Assembly (NCBI RefSeq): GCF_963921235.1 | Contig: NC_086109.1 | Span: forward strand, 4,590,001 to 4,654,000 | Origin: Mobula hypostoma | Taxonomy: Eukaryota | DNA: 64,000 nucleotides | Reading direction: 5' to 3' | Shown here: positions 41,501 to 53,500 of the stretch, piece after piece | Position numbering within the stretch: the first letter of the stretch is position 1 | Layout: each line of letters opens with the position of its first letter | The notes under the pieces: generated by a model | Seen by the model: only the letters and a program-made list of their open reading frames with translations | What the model was told of the DNA's origin: nothing | Database searches by the model: none | Made by a program: the position numbers and the translations under genes

Positions 41501-44500
41501 CTCTCATGTTTAGACTGTTCTCTGTTTTACTATGACAGATCTCCAATATTAACAGTAGTTTGTTTTAGGGGATTTGTTTAAACAAGCCAAAAGAAGAACA
41601 TACTGCTAGAAGCGTTTCACCCTTTGGAAAATCATTGTATATTTCCATCAATGGAGCTGAACTGACCGCATGGAAAAATATAAAACTAAAACACTAAATA
41701 TGTTTAAAATGGTAATTAAAACAGGTTTCATTTTTCATTCAGTACCTTTGCACTTTGGAAAGGGATGATTCCACCTTCCATCACTTTTACAGGTAAGCTT
41801 ACGTTCACCGATCAATGAGTAGTCACCAAGGCATGAAACTGTGGCCACCATTCCGTATTCCCATGGCTCTGCAGAAGGGCTTGATATTCTTCCATTCTCA
41901 ATGGTCAGAATGTCAGGACATTTAACAGCTGGCAACAGATGCACTTTAGTTAATGCCCAGAGCAGACCATCACATCACACCTTTAACTTCATGGTTAAAA
42001 ATCAAACCGGCTCAGTAAAAGTTCAACAGCACTTTATCGCAATGTAGCACTTCAGAATACAGGCAAATCTCATCCTCTTCAATACATATTCAAACCCCCA
42101 TGACCACGTATCCACCTTTCACAATCTAGGCACCCACTCTGAACTTAGACCAACTGATCCCCAAGGGTAGAGACACGTACACAGCAGCACAATGGTTAAT
42201 ATAATACAGGTCCACAATCCCTTATCTGAAAAGCTCCGAAAACCGAAATTCTTTTCGTGAAGTGTGGAGCGTGTCGTAACAAGGCTTGTTTGGCGCGCCA
42301 ACAGCTGACGTCACTCGGGTGTGACGTGGCAGCACTTGCAAACGGCGCAGACCTCAGTTGTGGCTCAGTGCTCGTAGTGGTTACACGTGCATTTGCTGTT
42401 TGCTGATATTTTGTGTTCACTGTTGACTTTGTGTTTAATTTCACTGTGAAAATGTCAAAAAGAGCTATCCTATGGGAAACAATGAGAAAAAGAGAAGGAA
42501 GCATCTATCATTATCAATAACGAAGAAAGTGGAGTTATTGCAGAAGCTTAATCGTGGTGTGTCTGTGCGGCATCTTACTGAAGAAAATAGTGTCGGAACT
42601 ACCACTGTATATGATTTAAAGAAACAGAAAGAACAACGTGCATTTATCAGTGAGAAAGAGATTATGGCAGTTTACTCAGTTAAAGAGAGATTGCTCAGAC
42701 ATAAACCTATGTTAATGAGACAGATGACACTTAAAGAAGTCTTTAAAAACGCTGTCTGTCGTAGTGCTGCTTCATAACTTGAGAATCCTGTTCCTGGCCC
42801 ATCAGGTACCTGTAGAGTATTTAGCTTTGGTTTCCAGACGTAATGTAACTTAACTAGAGGTACCTGTACATATTTAGCTTAGCTTGAACCTGTATATGTC
42901 CTAGAGTATTTATGTTCTACATTTATTCCAATAAGTCATTTACCATGTGTTTGATTCGGTTCGTTTGAAGCTGTATGTTTTTATGTTTTATTGAATGTTT
43001 TTCTTGGAAATAAAATGTACTAGTATATGAACTATATCTCCTCTCTATTTAAAACCCAATTGCTTTTCCTTTCTCCTTTTAACTGGTAAGAGGAGAATTG
43101 TTATTTTCTTTTTTTATTATATATTTTATACTAGTTTAACAATATCTATGATTTTGACAGTGTCTCTTTTAATTTTGGTTACTGATATATGTATTTGAAC
43201 TAATTCTCCTCTTGACTGTATTTGATTGTATCAATGTTTTTTTAATCAATAAATAGATTAATAAGGAAAGAAAGAAAGAAAGAACTATACGGTTTGTGTT
43301 CACTGTTGATTTTGTATTTAATTTTACTGTGAAAATGTCAAAAAGAGCGCGGATTGGGAAAACCTGGAAGTTCTCCCTCCAGCATGTACAGACTTTTTTC
43401 CTTGTCATTATTCCCTAAGCAATACAGTATAACAACTATTTACATAGCATTTACATTGTATTAGGTATCACAAGTAAACTAGAGATGATTTAAAGTATAC
43501 GGGAGGATGTGTGTAGGTCTGGAGCTCCCCCGGGTCCTAAAGTCCACCCGCACTAAGACTGGGTAATTATCGATATAATTATCAATTTTCTGAAATCTGA
43601 AAAGTTCTGAATTCCGAAATGCAACTGGCCCCAGGGATTTCGGATAGGGGATTGTGGACCTGTACTTTACAACGTCAGCAATCGGGATTCAATTCTGCCA
43701 CTGTCAGTAAAGAGTTTGTTACGTTGTCCCTGTGACTGAGTGGGTTTCCTCTGGATGTTACAGTTTCCTCCCACAGTCCAAAGACATACAGATGCAAGAA
43801 AAAGTTTGTGAACCCTTTGCAATTCCCTGTTTTGCATTAACTATTCATAAAACGTGGTCTGATCGTCATCTAAGTTATAATAAGAGACAAAATAATCTGC
43901 CTCAACTAATAACACACAAACAATTCTAATTTTCATGTCTTTATTGAACATATTGTTTAATCATTCAGTCAAGGCTGGAAAAAGTACATGAACCCTTGTA
44001 TTGAATAACTGGTAGAACCTCCATGAGCAGAAATAATCTCCACCAAACGTTTCCTGTAGCTGCTGATTAACCAATTTCCCCCGGGAGCAATAAAGTATGA
44101 CTATGATTATGATCAGACTTGCACAATGGCAAGGAGGAGTTTTACTATGAAACTGATTCATACCCAAAAGAACTGTCAAGGTATTTCTCAATAACAAACC
44201 TTGGATCACAAAGAATCTGAAAAACACACTTAACCTGAAGAAAATAACCTTTACCCCTGGTAACAGAACTGAGGCTAAACTTACTGAACAAAGAAATAAA
44301 ACAAGCCAAATAAATCTATAAAGAAAAAGTGGAAAACCTCTTCCAAGAGGGCAAAGCTAGAGATGCCTGGAAAGGTGTCAAAACACTGGCCAGCCTCCGT
44401 AATCACCCGCCTCCATCCTACCCAAGTTGTGAAGAATGTTAGAATTTGCAGAAGGACTGAACAGCTTTTACTGCAGGTTTGATCAGTACAATTTCACACT

Positions 44501-47500
44501 GGGGATGGATAAGCCCACAACATTTCTTCTATCAGGTGCACTAGGCAGCACCAATATAGAGTTTCATCTGAGAGAGGACTCAGGAGAATAAACCCTGGTG
44601 AAGCACCAGGTATAAACAACGTCAGTGGATGGCTATTGAAACTCTGCTGAACACAGCTGTCAGAGGTTCTCTGTCATCTCTCAACCGCGCTCTGTCTGAA
44701 CATCCCATACCAACCATTCGGAAAACCTCCATCATATGCCTAATTCCCAAGAGGAGCAATCCCACCGTCAATAATGACTATTGTCCTGTAGCTCTAGCAT
44801 CACTGGGAATGAAGACCTTTGAAAGGCTCCTCCTACCACAGGTACAGGTGGGGATAAGTGGGCTGACTGACCCTCTCCAGTTTGCTTACAGGCCGAAAAG
44901 AGGTGTGGATGATACTGAAGGTATAATGCTGTACTCTCAGCCCATCATCTCCACCACCATTGGATTTCTGAATGGACAACGAAGCCATGTACACTACCTC
45001 ACTTTTATTTCTTTTTACACTACTTACTTAATGTAGTTACCTTTATACAAACATACATATATAGTTCGTGTTGCAATTAATCTTTTTTTTACCAAGTATG
45101 CAATTTACTGCTGCTGAGAAACATATTTCATGTCATATGCCAGTGATATTAAACCTGTTTCTGAATCTCAGCTCACCTTCACATGTAGGTACCTGGCCAC
45201 CCCATCCATCAGCTTCACAAAACCGGTAATTTCGACCCACCAGAGTATATCTAAAGAGGCGACAAAATTTAAAAAATCATCTCAGAGAAGCTTAAAATGA
45301 GAACAAAGTTATCAGGAAAGGACTGAGCAATTATATTCCATTAATTTGAATTTAATCAGTACTGGACTTTATAAGAAAAGAGGAAGATGTGTAGCTACAT
45401 TGCTAGATGCAAAAACATTAAGTGAGTGATCTGCAACACTGCCATCCAAGATCAGTCTCAATATTTTTCCTATCGTGGAAAAAATATTGGATTGAATTAA
45501 ATGCTAACTTTAAGTTCATATTTTAAGTGACTATGTAACAGAACAAATTCCGATTAACATAGAAGACGCTGGCGCAGCTCAGGTCAGCCAGCATCTATGA
45601 CAACACAAGCCCTTCATTAGATCTGATGAAAGGTCTTGGTCTAAAGAGTTGACTCTTTATCCCTTAATAGATGCTGCTTGACCTGCTGAGTTCCTCCACC
45701 ATTTTGTATGTGTTGCTCAGGAATTTCTGCATCTGCAGAATCTCGTGATCCTGATTCAGATTAACTTCGAAGGCACTAACGTCCACAAGCCGGTGTAAAA
45801 TTTGTCTGAATCATGGTAACAAATCCATGATACTTACAACAGCCGAGTGGCCAAGATGGACAAATGTCACATAGTGCAAGTGGAGACACTCACACCGAAG
45901 CGCTCACCAGCACTAAAGCGGTGAATGTCATTTATTCATTAATTTTATTTAAAGACACAGCACAGCAGTGATCCCTTGCTGCGCAATTACAACCATCTGT
46001 CCGATCAACCTACTAACCCGTACGTCATTGCAACACGGAAGGAAATCAGAGCATCCGGAGGAAATCCATGCAGTCCTGGGGAGAATGTACAAACTCCTTA
46101 CAGACAGCAGTGAGAATTGAACCCAGGTTTCCGATGTTTTAAAGTAATATGACAAACACAAGTTCCCAGTTATTGGATATTATTAACTCTGGGAAGATCA
46201 GCGTTTATTGCTTTTCTCCACTTGTCTTTGAGAAACTGCCTTTGAGTAACAACTATTTTGTTTTCCTTTACACCTGTATACTGGAAATGACATTAAATGA
46301 TCTTGAATCTAAAATGCAGGCTCCTTGGCCTAACTGGTCCATGCTGGTCAAGGTGCCAATCTAAGCTCATGTGTTTGGCCCATATCACACTAAACCAAGG
46401 CTTTACAACCTTTTTTTATGCTATGGACTGCTACCATAAACCGAGGGGTCCATGAACCGCAGACGGGGAACCCCTGCTCTATCCATGTACCTGCTGTTAG
46501 TGTACCACCCTTATACACTCCTTCCGATTACTAATGTCATAATAGGTGCAACAACACCTCCATTCCAACCCCCACAAAAGAAAGACATCATCACATAATA
46601 ATCCCATAAAACCAGCTTCTCAGTTTTGCCACCACTTCCTGTTCTGATGCTGATATGGAACACTACTGACGGGAGAAGAAGATGACGGCGCGACGCAGCT
46701 CTCTGGTGAAATGATATCGTATTTGTTAAATAGGGGCTGTGGACAATTCTGATTTGATGGAGACAGGCATGAGAAGGCACAGAGGAACACCTGGAGAAAT
46801 TTCTGAAACGCCCGGTTCGCTGCCGCTGCTACTGTGTGATCGAGAATCTCCGGAGGGAAGGCCGCAAAATCCCCAGTTTTGCCTGCTGCTGGCGACTGAG
46901 GCTGCGGTCGAAGCATTCGGCAGAGATGGTGCTCGGTACTCGGTGTCGGAGGGCTGATTGGAGCTCGAATTTTTCAGACTGTGGTTGGGCATGGCAGGGA
47001 GAGTTCTCTTCCTTCTCCCGTCTGCGTGAGGTGTGGGACTTTCGAGAGACTTTGAACTTTTTTACTGTGCCATGGCCTGTTCTTCATCAAGTTATGGCAT
47101 TGTTGCACTGTTGTAACTATATGTTATAATTATGTGGTTTTTGTTAGTTTTTCAGTCTTGGTCTGTCCTGTGTTTCTATGATATCACATCAGAGGAATAT
47201 TGTATCATTTCTTAATGCAAGCATTACTAAATGACAATAAATAAAAGAGGACTGCGTGTTCTCATAATCTAATCTAATCTATTGCAATAATGTGTAAATT
47301 GAAATATTAACTCAACTCTTCTTTTTCAATCAAGTATGTGAATACTCACCCATCATTACAATAAAATGTAATCTTACTTCCAAAAGTATTGTCACCCTTG
47401 TAACACCCATTCATAATTTCCCCTGGACTTCCACAGCTCATTGCTGAACAAAAAAGGGGAGAAAAGCCAGGATGTTACAAAATGTTGACATGCCCTTACA

Positions 47501-50500
47501 ATACAATTCACTGAAATGTAAGAGAAACACGAAACTAATGCACACTTCTTCCAAATCGTTCTAAATATTATTTAATTTCAAAGTTCTGTGTGAGCAAGGT
47601 AATTTATTCAACACATTTCTTTCTTTATTTATTTATTAATCTTTTTATTGATTTATAAAGAGTATATTTACAAAGAAGAGGAGAATTATCTCAAATATAT
47701 ATATCAATAACAATATAAAAAGTGAAATAAACATTATCAAAATCATACATAGTATTAAGCTAATACGTAGTATATAATAAAAAAGACAGCTAATTCTCCT
47801 CTTATCAGTTCATAAAGAGAGAACAAAAAACTTTAAATTTTAAAAAGAAAAGAAAAAGAAATCCCACTACACTATATGAAAAAAGGAGGAAAAAAAGGGG
47901 AACAAAAAGGGACTGGGCAGTCCATTCTGAGGATATGACCAAAAAAAAAAGAAAAGACTTTCTGACCAAATCTAGAACTTCGAAAATAAATAGTTGGAAG
48001 AGTAATAAATCAAATCAAATGAAAATATTGAATAAAAGGTCACCAGATTTGCCCAAATTTAAAGGATGTATCAAATGTCCGACTTCTTATTTTCTCTAAA
48101 CTTAAACAGGACATAATGGAGGAAAGCCAATAAAAGACCGTAGGTGGATTAGAATCCTTTCACTTCAGTAAAATGGCTACCCTAGCAAATAAAGTTGAAA
48201 AGCTATCATATGTTGAGCGGAAACAGGAATATTTCCTGCTTCCAATGGGATCATCCCAAAGATTGCCGTAAGTAAATTAGGTTGTGGGTCCAGATCCAAG
48301 ACTTTTGATAGCGTTTTAAAAACATCTCTCCAAAAATTATCTAGCTTTATGCAAGACCAAAACATATGAGTTAAAGTGGCCACCTCAATATTACACAGGA
48401 CTGAAGTTGGAAAAAATATGTACTAGTTTATCCTTTGACATATGGGCCCAATGCACTACCTTGAACTATATCAAGGAATGGCGAGCACAAATAGATGAGT
48501 TATTAACGAAATGAAAAATTTTACTCCATTGATTATCTGAAAATGACTCTTGAAATTCCAATTCCCAAGCTCGTTTAGTTTTATCATTAGAAATCATTTG
48601 TAAATTCAATAGCCATCTATAAACTATAGCTATCAACCCTTTTTGAAGTGGTTTCAAGACATTAAACGCAAGAAATTACAGTGGCATTTTACCTCTCTTT
48701 AATCTTGACATTATTGTTAATAAAATGAGCTCTTCCAAAATTTCAGATTGCTTTTTCTCACTGAGAACTGAAGCTCAGATCAGCAGATTTTAACTTTTGT
48801 GTCTAGAGGCAGAGGAGCACACTTGAGAATTAAGACTTATGTCAGCAAGTTCCTGACTCCCATGAACCACACAACAGCTAACTTACTTCAGTCCTGGAGA
48901 GGATGGGGACTGAGAAAAGACGCAGGTAGCAAAAATGAGAAAAGTTATTGAGTGAGAAAGGATTAGTTATTGAGTACTTACGTGTACAGGTGGCTCGTAA
49001 TGGTTCCCAAACACCTTCATTACAAGTAATATATTTGGGAGTGAATTGAAGGAAAGTGTAACCAGGGTTACATACGTAAAAGACCTTGGATCCACTTGCA
49101 AACGTTTCCTGCTGACGGTACTTATCTTCTAGTAAGCCATTTTCCAATCCTGGTGGCCTGTTACATTTTCCTTGAAAGAAAAAGAATTAGCCTTTTTAAT
49201 TTACCAAAACTAGCTTAAGACATGCATGCCTGGAAAAGACTCAGTTAAGCTGTTTTCCTTGCATCCAGTTCAATGGAAGGTGAGGACCTCGATAAAACCA
49301 CTATTACTAAAGAGATAGTGATGACCCAACTAGGGGGCCTGAAGGCAGAAAAGTCCCCTGGTCCTGATGGGATGCATCCCAGGGTGCTGAGAGAATTGGC
49401 GGAGGTTATAATAGACACTTTCGTAACCATTTACTAAAATTCTCTAGACTCTGGGCAGGTCCCGGTGGATTGAAAGACAGCAAATGACATGCCACTTTTT
49501 AAAAAAAGATGTAGGCAATAGACGAGTAACTAAAGGCCAATTACTTTAACATCTGTAGTTGGGAAAATGCTTGAAGCAGTCATTAAGGAAGAAATAGCAA
49601 AACATTCAGAAAGGAGTGGTTCCAATAGACAGACGCAGCATGGATTCAGAAAGGGCAGGTCGTGTTTGACAAACTTATTGGAGTTCTTAGAGGACATAAT
49701 GAGTGCAGTGGATAGAGGGGAACAGCTGCATATCGTATACTTGGATTTCCAGAAGGCGTTCGATAAGGTGCTGCACAAGAGACTTAATAAATAAGACACT
49801 GATGCATGGAGTCAGAGGAAGTATATTATCATGGATAGTGGATTGGTTAACCAATAGAAGGCAAAGAGTTGGTATAAATGGGTGTTTCTCCGGTTGGCAG
49901 TCAGTGGTGAGTGGGGTGCCACAGGGGTCGGTGCTGGGCCTGCAGCTGTTTACCATTTACATTGATGATTTGGAAGAGGGGACTGCGTAGTTTGCCTACA
50001 ACGCAAACAGATCAACTGAGGCTGCTATCTCTATTGCTCTCCACATCGTACTGGAACAACTGGAGCATAAGGACACCAATGCCAGAATGCTTTTTGCAAA
50101 GAGAGTGGTGCGGACAGCCCAGTGCATCTGTAGTTGTGAACTTCCCATGATTCAGGACATTTACAAAGACAGGTGTGTAAAAAGGGCCCGTAGGTTCATT
50201 GGCGCCCCAAGTCACCCTAACCACAATCTGTACCAGCTGCTACCATCCAGGAAACGGTACCGCAGCATAAAAGCCAGGACCAACAACCTCCAGGACAGCT
50301 TCTTCCACCAGGCCATCAGAATGATTAATTCACGCTGAATTGAGTGTAGTTCTATGTTAAATTCACTGCTGTATTTATTATAAATTACTATGATTACACA
50401 TTGCACATTTAGACGGAGATGTAACATAAAGATTTTTACTCCTCATGAATGTGAAGGATGGAAGAAATAAAATCTTTTCTTTTCTTTTTAAATCTTTTTA

Positions 50501-53500
50501 TTGAGTAAGTATACAAAAAAGGTAAGCCATATAAACATTAATACAATGTTAAAGTATAATAAAATTCCAAAAGATAACAATACCAAAAAGAAAATACTAC
50601 AAACAATGTAATTTAAGCATAAGAAACCAAGATAACATAATAGTATACTAGATTTTATATATATCAATGGAAAAAAAGAAAAAAAAAACCCCAAAAAAAA
50701 ACCCACCGTGCAACTAACTAAAAGCAAAGCAAAGCAATGGGCTAACTTGAAACCAAACAGAGTTAAACTTAAAATCACGTCCTCAATCCCGACCTCCATT
50801 AAAACAGTGAAGAGAAAACAAGAAGGGTAAATATTACATTAAATGAAAATATCGAATAAAAGGTCCCCAAATCTGTTCAAATTTAAATGAAGAATCATAA
50901 AGATTACTTCTAATTTTCTCCAGATTCAAACATAAAATCGTCTGAGAAAACCAAAAAAAGGTAGTTGGAGCATTAAGCTCTTTCCAATGTTGTAAAATAC
51001 ATCTTTTCGCCATTAAAGTAAGAAATGCAATCATTCTACGGGCTGAAGGGGAAAGATTACTAGAAATTTTAGGTAGTCCAAAGATAGCAGTAATAGGGTG
51101 AGGAGAGATATCTGTATTTAATACCTTAGAAATAATATTGAAAATATCTCTCCAAAAAGTTTCCAAAGTAGGGCAAGACCAAAACATATGAGTTAAAGAG
51201 GCTATCTGCCCCGAACATCTATCACAGAAAGGATTAATATGCGAGTAAAAACGCGCTAACTTATCTTTGGACATATGTGCTCTATGAACCACTTTAAATT
51301 GAATTAGGGAATGTTTAGCACAAATAGAGGAAGTATTAACTAATTGTAAAATCTGCCCCCAATCATCCACAGAAATGGTAAGCCCCAATTCCTGTTCCCA
51401 ATCTACCCTAATCTTATCAAATGGAGCTTTCCTAAGTTTCATAATAATATTATAAATCATAGCCGATGCACCTTTCTGACATGGATTAAGGTTAATTATC
51501 GAATCTAAAATATATATAGGAGGAAGCATTGGAAAGGAAGTAAGTATAGTACTTAGGAAATTTCTAACTTGTAAATATCTAAAAAAATGTATTCTTGATA
51601 AGTTATATTTGTTAGATAATTGTTCAAAAGACATAAGGGAACCATCTAAAAATAAATCCAAAAACCGTAAAATACCCTTAGTCTTCCAAGTTTGAAAAGC
51701 GCGATCCGTAAAAGAGGGAGGAAAAAATATGTTACCTAAAATAGGAATCGCTAACCCGAATTGATTAAGATCAAAAAATTTTCTGAATTGAAACCAAATG
51801 CGCAAAGCATATTTAACTATCGGGTTAGAGACCTGCTTAAGACGTTTCGAATCAAAAGGAAGAGAGGAACCTAAAATAGAACCAAGTGTATAACCCTGAA
51901 CAGATTGTAATTCCAATGCTACCCATTTAGGAATAAATAGTATGTCCCGATCAAGTAACCAAAATTTCATATGTCGAATATTAATAGCCCAATAATAAAA
52001 TCTAAAGTTAGGTAATGCTAAACCTCCATCTCTCTTAGCTTTCTGTAAATGTATTTTACCCAGTCTCGGATTCTTGTTCTGCCAAATAAATGAAGAAATT
52101 TTAGAGTCAACTTTATCAAAAAAAGATTTAGGAACGAAAATTGGTAATGCCTGAAACACATATAAAAATTTTGGCAAAAAAAACATCTTAACTGCATTAA
52201 TACGACCAATCAAAGTTAAATATAAGGGAAACCATTTAGATGAAAGTTGAGTAATATGGTCTATTAATGGTAAAAAGTTAGTCTTAAATAAATCTTTATG
52301 TTTACAAGTAATTTTAATCCCAAGATATGAAAAGTAATTATTAATCAATTTAAATGGAAATTTATAATATAAGGGAAGATGTTTATTAATCGGAAAAAGT
52401 TCACTCTTACTAAGATTTAATTTATAACCTGAGAAAAGACCAAATTGTGCTAATAACTCTAAAACAGCAGGAATGGATCTCTCAGGATTAGAAATATATA
52501 AAAGTAAATCATCAGCATAGAGTGATAATTTATGGGACTTTAATCCCCGAGTTATCCCAGTAATATTTAAAGATTCTCGAATAGCAATTGCAAGAGGTTC
52601 TAATGCAATATCAAATAATAGGGGACTAAGAGGACAGCCTTGTCGAGTACCACGAAAGAGAGGAAAAAAAGGTGAGTTTAAGGAGTTAGTACGAACCGAG
52701 GCTACAGGGGAGTAATATAACAGTTTAATCCAGGATATAAATTTCAAGCTAAAATTAAACATTTCAAGCACCTTAAATAAATAAGGCCATTCTACTCTAT
52801 CAAAAGCTTTCTCGGCATCTAAAGAAATAACACACTCAGGAACATTTTGTGAGGGAGTATAAACGATATTTAACAATGTACGAATATTATAAAAAGAGTA
52901 ACGACCTTTAATAAAACCCGTTTGGTCTTCCGAAATAATAGAAGGAAGTACTTTTTCTAGTCTATTTGCTAATAACTTAGAAAAAACTTTAGAATCAACA
53001 TTTAATAAAGATATTGGTCTATAAGATGCACATTGAGCAGGGTCTTTATCCTTCTTTAGTATTAAAGAAATTGATGCTCTATTAAAAGATTCCGGAAGTT
53101 TACCAAGTTTCAAAGAAGCCTCAAAAACCTTATAGAGCCAAGGAATCAATAAAGAAGCAAAACATTTATAAAATTCAACGGTAAACCCATCGGGGCCAGG
53201 AGCTTTCCCCAGATTCATAGAAAAAATAACATTCTTAATCTCATCCATTGTAATGGAAGTATCTAATAAAGAAGACATATCCTGTGAAATCAGAGGGAAG
53301 TCTAACTTATCTAAAAAATCATTCATATATTTAGAATCTCGAGGAGACTCTGATTGGTATAAAGAAGAATAAAAATCACAAAAGGTTTGATTAATCCCCA
53401 CATGATCCAATATCAATCGATCATTTTGGTTATAAATCTGATTGATTTGAGATTTAACATAATTAGATTTCAATTGATTAGCCAGCAGCTTGCCAATTTT

